A stretch of 62,738 nucleotides of DNA, counting the filler, from Asterionella formosa (taxonomy: Eukaryota): the NCBI GenBank assembly GCA_002256025.1. It is 8 parts of 8 records of this genome, joined end to end, with 100 filler letters (N's around TTAATTAATTAA, not from the genome) between each part and the next. Parts side by side here need not be neighbours in the genome. Positions count along the whole stretch, not along the records: positions 1 to 26,220 come from NKIB01001782.1; 7 more parts are not named here. One strand, 5' to 3'. This document shows positions 1-11,584 of the stretch, in pieces. The translations under genes were made by a program, and so were the position numbers. A model generated the notes under the pieces. That model had not been told where the DNA came from. It made no database searches and saw only the letters and a program-made list of their open reading frames with translations. Position 1 is the stretch's first letter. Each line of letters begins with the position of its first letter.

Positions 1-23
1 GATGCATGTTTTGACGATAAATA

Positions 24-1153
24 TTACACTGCAGCAGCTGAAGGATCCGGGAGACCCATCGCTTCCAACATTGTCTTTCCAAGCCTGGCAGGAGATCTGG
101 AAATATGCACTCCGGCAGCTTCCAAAGCCGCGAATTTTTCAGCCGCTCCACCCTTGCCTCCCGCAACAATGGCTCCAGCATGTCCCATACGACGACCAGG
201 AGGAGCAGTCATTCCTGCGATGAACCCAACCACTGGCTTGTTGGGGTCCCCATGCTCCTTCAACCATTCCGCAGCTTGTTCTTCCGCGTTACCTCCAATC
301 TCACCAATCATAATGATGCCTTCCGTTTCTGGATCATTAGTGAATCGCTCAAGGCAGTCGATAAAGTTTGTGCCGTTGAAAGGATCTCCTCCGATCCCGA
401 CGCAAGTCGACTGTCCCAAACCGGCCACAGTTGTCTGATAGACAGCCTCATAAGTCAGTGTTCCACTTCGACTGACAACTCCGATCTTCCCCTTCATATG
501 GATGTACCCCGGCATAATCCCGATCTTGCATTCACCTGGCTTGATAATTCCCGGACAGTTGGGTCCGATCAATCGAGTTGCGGACTGGTTGCGCAGGGCA
601 TGCTTTACGCGGACCATATCTTGTTGTGGAATTCCCTCCGTAATACAAACGACAAGAGGGATCTCGTTTTCAATCGCGTCCATGATGGCAGCGGCACCAA
701 AAGGAGGAGGAACGTAAATAACCGACGCGTCGGGCTGTACACTCGCCACAGCTTCTTGAACCGTGTTGAAGACTGGAAGGCCCAAATGAATCTGACCTCC
801 CTTGTTCGGGGTCACTCCACCAACCATGTTGGTTCCATAGTCAATGGCCTGTGTCGAGTGAAAGGTACCCTAATGGAGCGGAAGAGAGGGAATCGCAATA
901 TGGTTAGGCCGATTCATGGTAAAAGTACTGGCATTTCAAAATGTTTCTCTGCTACCGGAACTCGCTCGAGTGAAATGTCACATAACACAGTGCAGCTGCC
1001 GGACTCGGCTCGACGCACCTGCTTGCCAGTAAAGCCTTGACAGATCACGCGAGTGTCTTTATCAATCCAAACCTTGGCGTTGGCCGACATGGCACGGCGA
1101 CTGCCGGCTTGAGCCGATCGCTGTGCTACAATGCGAGCGGACGAGAGTGTCAT
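24..1153 (-). CDS. SUCLG1: Succinyl-CoA ligase alpha subunit, mitochondrial; 2 exons (1153-1019, 869-24)
   Basis: Spliced product reads [41 protein letters not shown] (phospho-His motif). GT-AG intron 870-1018 keeps frame. Arg/Ser/Ala-rich presequence [22 protein letters not shown]. Confidence 0.96.
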
Positions 1154-1285
1154 TGTCGGATGTAGCGTAAATATATTTATTGTTATTAGCGGAACAAAAA
1201 AATATTGTTGTGCGTCGAATCCAGAAGACACCATAATACCGGTTTTTAATTATACTATATTCCGGTATGTATGTAGCTATTTTGG

Positions 1286-1924
1286 NNNNNNNNNNNNNNN
1301 NNNNNNNNNNNNNNNNNNNNNNNNNNNNNNNNNNNNNNNNNNNNNNNNNNNNNNNNNNNNNNNNNNNNNNNNNNNNNNNNNNNNNNNNNNNNNNNNNNNN
1401 NNNNNNNNNNNNNNNNNNNNNNNNNNNNNNNNNNNNNNNNNNNNNNNNNNNNNNNNNNNNNNNNNNNNNNNNNNNNNNNNNNNNNNNNNNNNNNNNNNNN
1501 NNNNNNNNNNNNNNNNNNNNNNNNNNNNNNNNNNNNNNNNNNNNNNNNNNNNNNNNNNNNNNNNNNNNNNNNNNNNNNNNNNNNNNNNNNNNNNNNNNNN
1601 NNNNNNNNNNNNNNNNNNNNNNNNNNNNNNNNNNNNNNNNNNNNNNNNNNNNNNNNNNNNNNNNNNNNNNNNNNNNNNNNNNNNNNNNNNNNNNNNNNNN
1701 NNNNNNNNNNNNNNNNNNNNNNNNNNNNNNNNNNNNNNNNNNNNNNNNNNNNNNNNNNNNNNNNNNNNNNNNNNNNNNNNNNNNNNNNNNNNNNNNNNNN
1801 NNNNNNNNNNNNNNNNNNNNNNNNNNNNNNNNNNNNNNNNNNNNNNNNNNNNNNNNNNNNNNNNNNNNNNNNNNNNNNNNNNNNNNNNNNNNNNNNNNNN
1901 NNNNNNNNNNNNNNNNNNNNNNNN
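1286..1924. other. Scaffold gap (N run)
   Basis: Run of N between two divergent genes. Confidence 0.99.
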
Positions 1925-1980
1925 TCACCCCTCATCTAAGCAATCATCCAGTTCCGTTCTTCTTTACTTGAAAGAAGAGG

Positions 1981-4479
1981 ATGACCTTGAATCATCGCAA
2001 GGCAAGCAGTGTCGTTTTGGTAGTCTTGGCGGTCCTTCAAAAAGCCACTTTTGCCTTTTCTCCTCATCACCGAACCCTTCCACTCGTCCGCGTTGAAAGA
2101 CTCGCCGCGGAACAGAACAGTCCCAGCGGTGCCAGAAAAGATGGAATAACCATTCGAGATCTCGTCAAGGTCATTGAAAAAAATCCTGCTCTCTTTGTCC
2201 AAAAGGACACAACGACAAGAAAATACAAACGAACTCGGAAACGCGTTGATGCTCCCAAACAACAGTACCTTTATGCGGCGCAACGGATTAAACTGGAACA
2301 GGATGGTACACTTGCTCCCAAAACAGAAACCGAATTTTTGCAAAGGAAACCTGACGATCCACTAGCTCAAGCAAGACAACTTGGACTGGTCAGTGTTGCT
2401 CAACATTGTGATGCTCCCGTTGACGCTATGGAACCAGAAATTATTGGACAAATTCGTGTTGGTGATGGGGATACGGCAGGATCCATGGCTTATATCATTT
2501 CGAAACCAGTTGGGTGGTCGATCTTGGGTGGGTCTAACAAGAAGAAGGCGAGAACTGAAGTGGATGACGATCTTGATGATGCCGATGTTGACTTGTTGAC
2601 TCCAGAGGTTGGTGGAAAGGAGGGTGAACTGGACGAAGAAGCCAAAAAAATATCCAAGAAGAAAGCAGGAATGACTCAAATGAAGATTCAAGCTGAAGAT
2701 GGGAGTATTGAGGTGTTCGAGTACAGCGAGGCTGACGTAATGGCTCTCATGACACCAGAGGAAATTGCTGAGTTAGGTACTGATTTGGATTCTTCGGCGG
2801 AACTCGGCGAAACCTCGGCTCAAAGAGAAAAACGAGAAGAGCTACGTGCCCGGAGATCTAATCAAACTGAAACAGCTTCATTTGAGATGTATACGAGGCC
2901 ATCTATTGTTGCATGGCTCAAAGCTTTGAAGGCCGATGAAGGAACACCAATTAAAGGAGGAAAGTATTGGACAGCAGTCGCTGGAGCAACCAATGTTGAT
3001 GATAGCGGTCTTGTCGTCATTTGCCCCAAGGACTTGGTTGAGAACATGTATGTTGATTTCGCAAAATATGTCACAATAGTCGGTAACGGCAAACAATTGG
3101 CACCAAAATCCAAAACGAAAGATGATGGAATTCCCAATGAGAACATGCAGCTGGAAATCATTGCCAAACTTCGCAAAGGTAGACTGGAAGACGTGGTAAT
3201 GGCTATTGGCGTTGCATTTACTGAAAAGTTCTCAACTTGCAGCAGTGTCGTCCAACCCTGCCAGGCACAATTCCAAGATGGAATTCGAGGAGATCCATCA
3301 GCCAATCCATTCGATCGTCGAGCTCCTCGAAGGTTGATTCATTGTGATGCAATATCAATTTCTAGTTTGGTACACGATGAAAACGCGCAAGTAGAAACTG
3401 AGTACTGGCCTGATGATATTGCTTGTCTCGCCGAACGAAGAAATAGCCACGAGTTTATTGAAGGATCTTTCTTGGGCAGAGCTAGTTTAAGTGAGAATCC
3501 GCTAACGACTGCCTTTCGTGAAATCAATGGTGCTTCAGATGGCTTCGATGGTTGGACCGTCGATCGATACGACAAGTGGCTGTTTGTTCAGCATGACTCA
3601 AAGAGCCCACGAGGCCCGCTTCCTTCGATTCATGACGGGAACACGGTAGGTGTATACTACCTCACGTCAAACTCGAATCGGGGAGCCATGGGACGAGAGG
3701 AAGTGCGTCCCAAGCTGCTGGAAGGTCGACCGGCGCCAGAGATTCTTACCGTATTGGAGAATGGAGTCACGTATCATGTTGTTTTGGACAAGGATCTTTC
3801 CACAGGTATTTTCCTCGACCAAAGGCCACAGCGAGCTTGGTTGACACGAAATTGTAATGCCAACACCAGGGTTCTGAATACATTCGCTCATTGTGGCGCT
3901 TTCAGTGTCGCTGCTGCATCTGCTGGAGCGTCTACTGTCAGTTTGGATCTGAATTCAAAATGGCTAGACCGCATTAAGCCTCAGATGGAAGCAAATGGGA
4001 TTGATTTTGCAAGGCACGATACAATTTTCGGAGACTGTAAGATTTGTTGTGTTCGATTGTGCAATTCGTTGCTTTCAAAAGCTCCTTTCTCACACAATTC
4101 TTGGTATTAAAAATTTCAAATTTCATAATTAGGTTTTGATTGGCTTTCCAGATTAGGCAAACGAGGTGAACTTTTTGACCTTGTCATTGTTGACCCTCCA
4201 AGCTCCAGTGTGGGAAAGAAAAAGAAACGATGGTCTGTCAAGAATGACATGGCCGAGCTGGTGGCCTTGGCTGCACCTCTGGTGAAGAAGGGAGGCCTTC
4301 TCTGGACCACAACCAATAGTGCGAGTATATCGCCGGACAAGTTTGCTCGTATGTGCAAACAGGGACTTGACGACGCCGGTATTCCTGATGCCAAACTGGA
4401 GAGAGTAGTTCCGATGCCAGAAGACTTCCCCCATATTGGTTCTCAACCAGTAAAGAACCTAGTATGGCGTATCCCCTAA
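1981..4479 (+). CDS. Plastid-targeted RlmI/RlmK-type SAM-dependent RNA methyltransferase with an N-terminal degenerate RluA-like region; 2 exons (1981-4036, 4133-4479)
   Basis: C-terminal motifs TGIFLDQR, VLNTFAHCGAFSVAAASAGA and GDC|FDWL...FDLVIVDPPS, joined by GT-AG intron 4037-4132. Hydrophobic signal peptide ending TFA-FSP. Confidence 0.85.
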
Positions 4480-4617
4480 ACTTTTAAACAAGACTTGTTG
4501 CATGCATCACTGAATTTTACGTTTAAGTCTTACTGGACACTCTGGAGAAATCAATTCTATACCTGTTTGCATTATTTCATCACCACAGCAGGATCGACTC
4601 ATGTTAACGAAAGAAAT

Positions 4618-5032
4618 ACGTGCGCAAGGTTGAATCGAACAACTGGGCCGCCAAGCCCCCCAAGGTTTGAAGCCTTGACCCACCACCAGGCAGGATCATG
4701 CACACAAAAAANNNNNNNNNNNNNNNNNNNNNNNNNNNNNNNNNNNNNNNNNNNNNNNNNNNNNNNNNNNNNNNNNNNNNNNNNNNNNNNNNNNNNNNNN
4801 NNNNNNNNNNNNNNNNNNNNNNNNNNNNNNNNNNNNNNNNNNNNNNNNNNNNNNNNNNNNNNNNNNNNNNNNNNNNNNNNNNNNNNNNNNNNNNNNNNNN
4901 NNNNNNNNNNNNNNNNNNNNNNNNNNNNNNNNNNNNCAACGTGCGCAAGGTTGAATCGAACAACTGGGCCGCCAAGCCCCCCAAGGTTTGAAGCCTTGAC
5001 CCACCACCAGGCAGGATCATGCACACAAAAAA
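4618..5032. repeat. About 95-nt sequence duplicated on both sides of an N gap (unmerged contig overlap)
   Basis: acgtgcgcaagg...gcacacaaaaaa occurs identically at about 4618-4712 and 4939-5032. Confidence 0.85.
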
Positions 5033-5568
5033 GAGATGAAATGGGTGAGTTCCAAGACAAGCGGTGACTGTAATCCCCGTTGAGTCCTTAGCTGGCATAA
5101 CTTTGATATGACGACGATCCAGGGCCGTCTCCTTGAATGGCTCTCCCTGCCGAAGCAAGTGTCGTCGCAAGAGCGGCACACTAGACCGGAAACCCTTCCA
5201 GGTTGGCACTTTCTGCCCTTACGTCCGGGGAATTTCCCCAAGAAGCTCTGTCGCATACGACGTGCCCTCGGCTTTTCTACTGCAAAACGATACGAGAAAA
5301 AGGGATGGTTAGAAGGAAGTTCATTTCAGTATATTTCATTGTCACCAACCTGCCCAAGTGCAACACATGAATCCCTGCGAGAGGGAGGGAGATTACACAC
5401 GCGAAGCACAGCCATGCAGTTGAAAGCAATTGCTCACCATGGGAAAAGCGGGGCGCTCCTCGATAGCCAACCATCTCCACCTGTCCAGGAACTGATACAA
5501 AAGATCTGCTTCCATCGAAGGAACAGACCATCACGATCGCCAACCACAAATCATACAGGTAGATTATG

Positions 5569-6030
5569 TACCAGGTACCTGGTAGTATGTAATGCTCATC
5601 CGTCGTAATGATACATGTGTACATTTGTACACATATCGTTCTACATACTTACTCTCTACATGTTTGTCAGAGATGTACCTGGGACTGGTACCAGGTACCT
5701 GGTACCTGTTATTGGTACCCTGAAACACCCGCATCCCCCATGATGATGGTTGAATTTGCAATAGCCACGCACGAAATTCGCTGCCTTGCGTCATTTCAGG
5801 TAAGCAGCGCGACCTTCTTGTGTACATATGTCCCGGTCCCGGTACCTGGTACCAGTCCGGAATCGGGTGCATATCTTTCATATACCGGTATGTACCAGGG
5901 TACCATACCATAGCCAGACAAAGCAGGAACAAATATTGCTTTCTTGGGACGAGGCGACCTCGTGCAATCGTGTTTGTTTCTTACAGTCGGAGTACCATGT
6001 ACCTGCATGTATTTATGTGTCTACCGGTAG
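5569..6030. repeat. Cluster of palindromic TACCWGG/TACCGG repeats
   Basis: TACCAGGTACCTGGTA at 5569 and 5689, plus GGTACC/ACCGGT variants, upstream of the gene at 6300. Confidence 0.9.
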
Positions 6031-6299
6031 ATAGATGGCTTATACGTAGTGAGTAAAATTATCATTCAAATCCCTTTATGTATATAGCTATTAGGTATTG
6101 GTACATATGATACAGTATTCGTCAGGTGGCTTTCGTCATGCTCTAAATTGTGAAATTTGCATGTAGTTTTCTTTCACCACTTGTTTTATTGTCAGATCTG
6201 GAGGAAACGGCTGCTGCGGTGAACCAATCCTCTGTGCCATTTGTGCAACCTGTGAACGCGGGGGTACCACAAATCACAATATATTCCAGGGACAAGAAC

Positions 6300-7877
6300 A
6301 TGAAAGAACCGAGTGCCATGATGGATGCTTCAAACTCGCACATCTTCTTGTCGCCAGGGAAGGAGGCAAATCGTCGGACCATGTTTGAAAAAGCACGGAA
6401 GCCCTCCGCGACCAGTCTCAATAACTTCCACTCTGCGGAACCACCGCATGTTCAGGGAAACATTGGTTTGAAGGGGAATCTTGCTTCTGATGCTGTTTGC
6501 AGAATGGATTCACCACCAAGTGTATGTGCTCTGCTTTCTTCGCGGGACGTACCAAGTCCTCAAGGCGCCACAACGCCACGAAAGGAAAGGACGCAGCGGC
6601 TTTCAGTGGATGATCACCTGGACGAACCAACGGATCGAAGAATTGGGTTGCTCTCTAAGATGAAGCGCCTTTCGTCCCGTCGACTCCTCGTAGAACCTAA
6701 AGAGGATTCGCCGGTTACGCCTTGTGCGTTCAGCCCGCCGCAACCGTTGTCTCCGACTAATGCACAGAGTCTGAAACTAATCAGTCCGAAACAGAGTCCG
6801 AAAGATAGGGCCGCAAAGCAGACGAGTCCGCGAATCATAAGTCCAAGACAAAGGCCCAAACAAATGAGCTTTCGACAAAAGATTTCCAAACCAGCGAGCC
6901 CGAAATTGGCCACGACGGAGCCTAGACACGTATCTGACTCTCCTGACACGTCGGAGAACCGACGATCAATGATAACGACTGTCAAACGACTTTCTTCGAG
7001 ACGACTAGGTTTTAGGAAAGATGATGCCGTTATCTCTGCGACCGATGCGAACAAAGAACCGCTGGACCGATTGTCACCAGTCGAGATTGATCGCCGCTCG
7101 ATGCTTTCACGAAGTGCCAGCACACCGGCACTAATTAGTGCCAAGTCATGCCTCAAAAATGATGTCGATTCCCAATGTGATCATTCAGTAAAGGGTGATC
7201 TTGGTCGATTGAATCCAAGTATCGGGTCTGCCAAAAAGAATCTTTTGCATGGGATTGAACCTGACGACGGTATTGATTTCTCCTTAACGCGAAACGACCG
7301 AAAAATGAAAATTTCCCATGTTGTCGACGCTGGATCATCGGTCAACGTTGATCGGCGGTCAATGATGGGCCGAAGTGCCAGCACGCCGGCACTTCTAGTT
7401 CGTAAGTCCAGTCTGAAGAAGGACAACACGTCAAGGAGAGATGGTCTTCAACGAGCAGGCTCTGTCAAATTCGACAAAGTACACATGCGAGAGTACGAGC
7501 GTACACTTGGAGATAACCCTGCAGTATCAGCAGGTCCTCCGGTTTCGTTGGGATGGCACTATGCTCCGGAACAAGAGCTTGACGTGGAACAGTACGAGTC
7601 ATATCGTCCGCCGCGTCGAAGCAAACAAGAATTTGCCATGCCAGCAAAAATCAGAGAAGAGATGCTCATTAGCGAGTGGGGATGCACGTTGCCGGAACTT
7701 CGCATAGCGTCATTTGACTCTGATCGAATCAAGGGGCAACGGTTAGAGACTGCTTCTCAAAACAAGCAGGTCCAGTACATGGAGGAGATGATGGAAAACT
7801 CAAGGGAGCGGTTGGTACCAGTTCCATTAACGACAGATCGCAGTAAAATGTGGGAACAAGTTCCCGATAAGCGATAA
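6300..7877 (+). CDS. Uncharacterised Ser/Pro/Arg-rich protein with C-terminal VxF...REY...LGDNP.VS.GPP..LGW motif
   Basis: Long ORF (first ATG 6300). Internal repeats RRSM..RSASTPAL x2 and KRLSSRRL x2. C-terminal VKFDKVHMREYERTLGDNPAVSAGPPVSLGWHY is a motif I recall from many diatom hypothetical proteins. Confidence 0.8.
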   Translation: MKEPSAMMDASNSHIFLSPGKEANRRTMFEKARKPSATSLNNFHSAEPPHVQGNIGLKGNLASDAVCRMDSPPSVCALLSSRDVPSPQGATTPRKERTQRLSVDDHLDEPTDRRIGLLSKMKRLSSRRLLVEPKEDSPVTPCAFSPPQPLSPTNAQSLKLISPKQSPKDRAAKQTSPRIISPRQRPKQMSFRQKISKPASPKLATTEPRHVSDSPDTSENRRSMITTVKRLSSRRLGFRKDDAVISATDANKEPLDRLSPVEIDRRSMLSRSASTPALISAKSCLKNDVDSQCDHSVKGDLGRLNPSIGSAKKNLLHGIEPDDGIDFSLTRNDRKMKISHVVDAGSSVNVDRRSMMGRSASTPALLVRKSSLKKDNTSRRDGLQRAGSVKFDKVHMREYERTLGDNPAVSAGPPVSLGWHYAPEQELDVEQYESYRPPRRSKQEFAMPAKIREEMLISEWGCTLPELRIASFDSDRIKGQRLETASQNKQVQYMEEMMENSRERLVPVPLTTDRSKMWEQVPDKR

Positions 7878-8635
7878 AAAGTGAGACTAAATGGCCCTTT
7901 TGACACATGGTTCATGAAAATGTAAAAAAGAAATATTACGACTGTGGTTGGAGGCACCCCTTGCTTTCTTCTTGCAGCAGCAACAGCTATGGAAATTGGA
8001 TTTTTTTTCCCTCTCGTCCTTCCGCAGTATAAATTTATTGAGCAACTGCTAGCTAGATTAAATGACAATTCTATAGTGAACAATTACATTATTTCATGCT
8101 TTGCTCTTCGAATGGGAATCATACAGGGAAATATACTAGTTTGAATGATAAAATGCTAAGATATATTGTATAACTGTATATTGATTGATTTTACCATACC
8201 ACTTTGATGATTGCTCAGAGGCACTTGTCTACTGGCTTACTCCCACTGTTCAATATATCTGGCTATTCACCAGCCAGTTTTAAATCGAATATAGAGGAGT
8301 CGATAAGATTTCTAGGCTTTTTAGTGAACTGATTGCGCATTACCATGATACATAAAAGAAAGCCTTGTGCTTGTTCCTTCATTCTTTGTTTTCTCCGAAG
8401 GAAATCGAGTCGAATTGAGTCACGGCAGTGAATTTTGGTCGCTGCGTATGATTACTCGGAGTATTTTATATTCATGGTGGCTGCGAGTCTATAATGTCAT
8501 ATGGCACAGCAGCAGCCATCTCCATCGCACATTTTGCTGAGCAAAGTGAAGTGATGTGGTGCGTGCTCACTTTGATTGTCACCCCCACCATCCTTTCAGT
8601 TCTGTAAATGACAATCTCCCTCCAGTTGTGCCGCT

Positions 8636-9082
8636 ATGAGAGATGACGCGCCGGAAACACATTACAACGTCCTTGGCGTGACATGGACAGCGTCGATGGA
8701 TGAAATCAAAGCTGCTCACCGGCAAAGGGCCAAAGAACTTCATCCCGACAAGGCACCGAACCGTGAGCAGGAATTTATGCGAGTCCAGAATGCTTGGGAA
8801 TGCTTGCGAGAACATGACCGTCGAAAGGCTTACGACAATGATCTTTTGCATCAGAAAATGATTAGAAAATCAAAAGTTCAAGCTGCCATGCACGTTAAGC
8901 TATCAGAAATGGAGCAAGGCGAAGATGACGAGGGCCAGATTTGCTTTATTTATCAATGCCGCTGTGGAGATCAAATCGAGATTTGGCAAGATACTCTGCA
9001 GTGTCAAGAGGAATCAGTGTTATTCGAATGTCCTAGTTGCTCCTTTAGTTACACGCTGGACACAACAACCAAACATTCTTGA
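8636..9082 (+). CDS. DPH4: Diphthamide biosynthesis protein 4 (J-domain plus CSL zinc finger)
   Basis: HYNVLGV...LHPDK J-domain followed by YQCRCG...FECPSCS. Confidence 0.9.
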   Translation: MRDDAPETHYNVLGVTWTASMDEIKAAHRQRAKELHPDKAPNREQEFMRVQNAWECLREHDRRKAYDNDLLHQKMIRKSKVQAAMHVKLSEMEQGEDDEGQICFIYQCRCGDQIEIWQDTLQCQEESVLFECPSCSFSYTLDTTTKHS

Positions 9083-9509
9083 CGTGTACCTAGCTAGGTT
9101 TTGCAGCGTATGCTCATCCTCACATTCACATCTATCTTTTCTGTTCTATTTATGGAAAGCTTGTACATGTTGTGCCTACTCTTGGACAGTCAAAAATCCT
9201 GCTAAACAAAGTAGGAACAAAAAAGGGCTTTGCCATGCAGCAATGATAGAAGGAGCCAAGTGACCACGGGAGGAGGATGAATTGCTTGTAAACAAGAAAT
9301 TCAGAGCAGCAAAAATTTGATGATATATAGTCTGCTCTTAGTAGTCTCAATTTTCTAAAAGTAGCAATCATGATGCTTTCAAGATTGACCTTCTCAATCC
9401 AACATCTCAAAGTAGGAATTGGACCTGCTATAAAGTTTTGTCAATATCATACCCTTAATTATGTACACTGCCCTATTTATCACAATACCTAAATTGTTAA
9501 TTTGGATGA

Positions 9510-10020
9510 TCATATTGGACTTACTTTTTCATGTACCAGTAATCGGCATTGTAGATGGAGCAGTGCATGCTGTAGATGTATGCTCCTTTCCATGTGGGCC
9601 GGGATGAGACCAACATATCTCTCAATCACCTGGCCGCAAAACTTGCTTTTCTTCTGATCAGTCCCAAAGATTAAATTTTCACTAGCTGCCACCTGGGACA
9701 TAGAGAGGGCCTTGTCCTCTACCGCTCTTCTCCCAAATTACAACAAAACCCACCTTGATGTTGATTAGTACTATGATGTAGCAAATTATGTTATAAGTAT
9801 TCTCACCAAACTGACTTTGTCCAGATTGTCTAGCTGGTGCGGCACCAAGCCGCAATATGAACCAGCAGTAGAAATGCTTCTTCGATTTGGCTACAGTCAG
9901 AGTCTTATTGGCCAAATACCTGATATGTGGCTGATAAGGGAGTCATTGAAACAAGCCGTATGCCAATAGAGTACAGTCTTGGTCAATAGGGTGGCTAAAA
10001 TATTTTTGCATTTTCGAGAT
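9510..10020 (-). mobile_element. PIF/Harbinger relic (Myb/SANT-like ORF fragment plus flank)
   Basis: VAASENLIFGTDQKKSKFC resembles the PIF accessory-ORF motif (W..VS.D.I.G..Q...FW). About 9655-10017 is visibly homologous to 56865-57257, which lies next to a PIF transposase. Confidence 0.65.
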
Positions 10021-11050
10021 CAGGTTACTATACATCTACAGACCAATATGCTATCAGTAACAGTATTCTTTTTGTGCATGCATCATACAGTTCTTCAGCA
10101 GAGCTAAAAAGATGAGAAGGAATCATGATGCTGAGAGATCTGTCATTTTCCTAAAGGGGCATATGTAGTACACCTGGAAAGTCTGGTAAAAGGCGGTTTA
10201 CACTGCTGTAGGGAGAGGAGACCATGTTGCTCAAAGTATTATTATGCATCTCATGTTTTAATATTAGTTGCATCGAATCGCGGGCACCGCTAGTGGCTTA
10301 ACTGTTTGCATATGAAGGATTACGTAGCCAACATACCATCTTTCTACGTGAGGGTCGGCGTACTCGAAAAATGCGTTTTTTATGAGTTAGATAGTCACGA
10401 ACATATACTTTGTTTCTGTAATTAAATAATTAGAATCTAAATAAATTAATCGACACCAATTTGACATATATTTATACATTGGGTGCATGTATATATCAAG
10501 CAATGCTAATGCGTTGATTTTGCTACTAGTAGCAAGAGCAGCTACTATGTGCATGCTTGCGATATGGAATATTTTTAATCTCTTCAATGATTTCTTCACA
10601 ATTGTATTTGAGAGAAAGGCCAGCCAAAAATTTGCGGGAAATCGATGCAAGCACATCAGTATCACCATTTTAATATGATTCAAGGGCGCAGTTCCATATA
10701 CATTGTATGGTTGGCTGTTCTATCTCGTCCTTTAAACTGTCCTGGTGCCAAATATTTAATGGTTGTTCCACGCAATAAAACAAGCCAACCACCTATTTTA
10801 TCCCCTCCATCCGGTCCTTTTTGGATGTTCCTTTAACCATAATCCAACACAAGTTGACGCTCTTCTGGTGTTAGATCCTTTCTCATATACTTGTTGAGAA
10901 GAGTTGGTGACAGCTTCGCTCAAGATGCGCAAAAGTTGAAGTCGAAAAAGTCGAAAAACAGTTTTTCAAATGAGTTGCCAGTTTTAATCTTTATATAAAT
11001 ATTTTTAAACATGGATCCTTAGCTTAGAGTTAGTCACATAATAGAGCAAT

Positions 11051-11110
11051 TGATCCGGAGGAAATTGTAGGAGTCAAAATGGCCCCAGATAAATTTGAAA
11101 AATCGATGCA
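11051..11110 (-). repeat. Dispersed repeat, probably a DNA-transposon end (copy at 27800-27862)
   Basis: Reverse complement shares ggccattttgactccta and flanks with 27800-27862. A weaker copy lies at about 10618-10650. Confidence 0.5.
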
Positions 11111-11584
11111 ACAAGCAATAGTTAGCTATGTAATATGCACGTGCGTACCGGTACCAATACTATGTCCTATATAAAATTACCAGAATGGTCGATACGTTAA
11201 ACACATAACCCATTGGACATTGGAGATCGAAGTCCTTCTCTGTGCGTACAGGTAGGTATACAGTACCAGGTACTGCTTCTGTAGCGGTTTCTATTTCGTT
11301 CACCGGGTATTATTGGCTGCCCTCCTCACCTTCGTTAGGAGAGGAGATATCTTGCCCGTACCTAGATATCTTAGGTACCTGGTTCTGGTACCGGAATAGC
11401 TACATGGTACCAGGTACCTGGTACTCTGTTAGTTTCCATACATGCATGGGTGATTGGAAATGTTCTTGTAGATTCTAGGACTGCCATTCGCATACCGGGG
11501 TACATATTATCAGCTGCCACTTATCATACCTAGTACAATCAATCACAAGCCATCCAATTGCAGCCAATCGCAACACCTAGTATC

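Noticed and set aside
105..1040. 311-aa plus-strand ORF and similar antisense ORFs (e.g. 39922-40683, 17557-18168)
   Set aside because: Shadows of real genes on the opposite strand.
4618..5032. Direct repeat flanking an N gap, as a possible LTR or TSD
   Set aside because: Identical sequence abutting a gap is best explained as an unmerged overlap.
5108..5608. 166-aa ORF
   Set aside because: No recognisable motif, and it runs into the repeat cluster.
5564..6056. Short ORFs rich in YQVPGT/VPGTWY
   Set aside because: They are translations of the TACCWGG palindromic repeats, which are poor in stop codons.
8995..9010. LxCxE (LQCQE) in DPH4 near an RBR gene
   Set aside because: A short motif within a zinc-finger loop, expected by chance.
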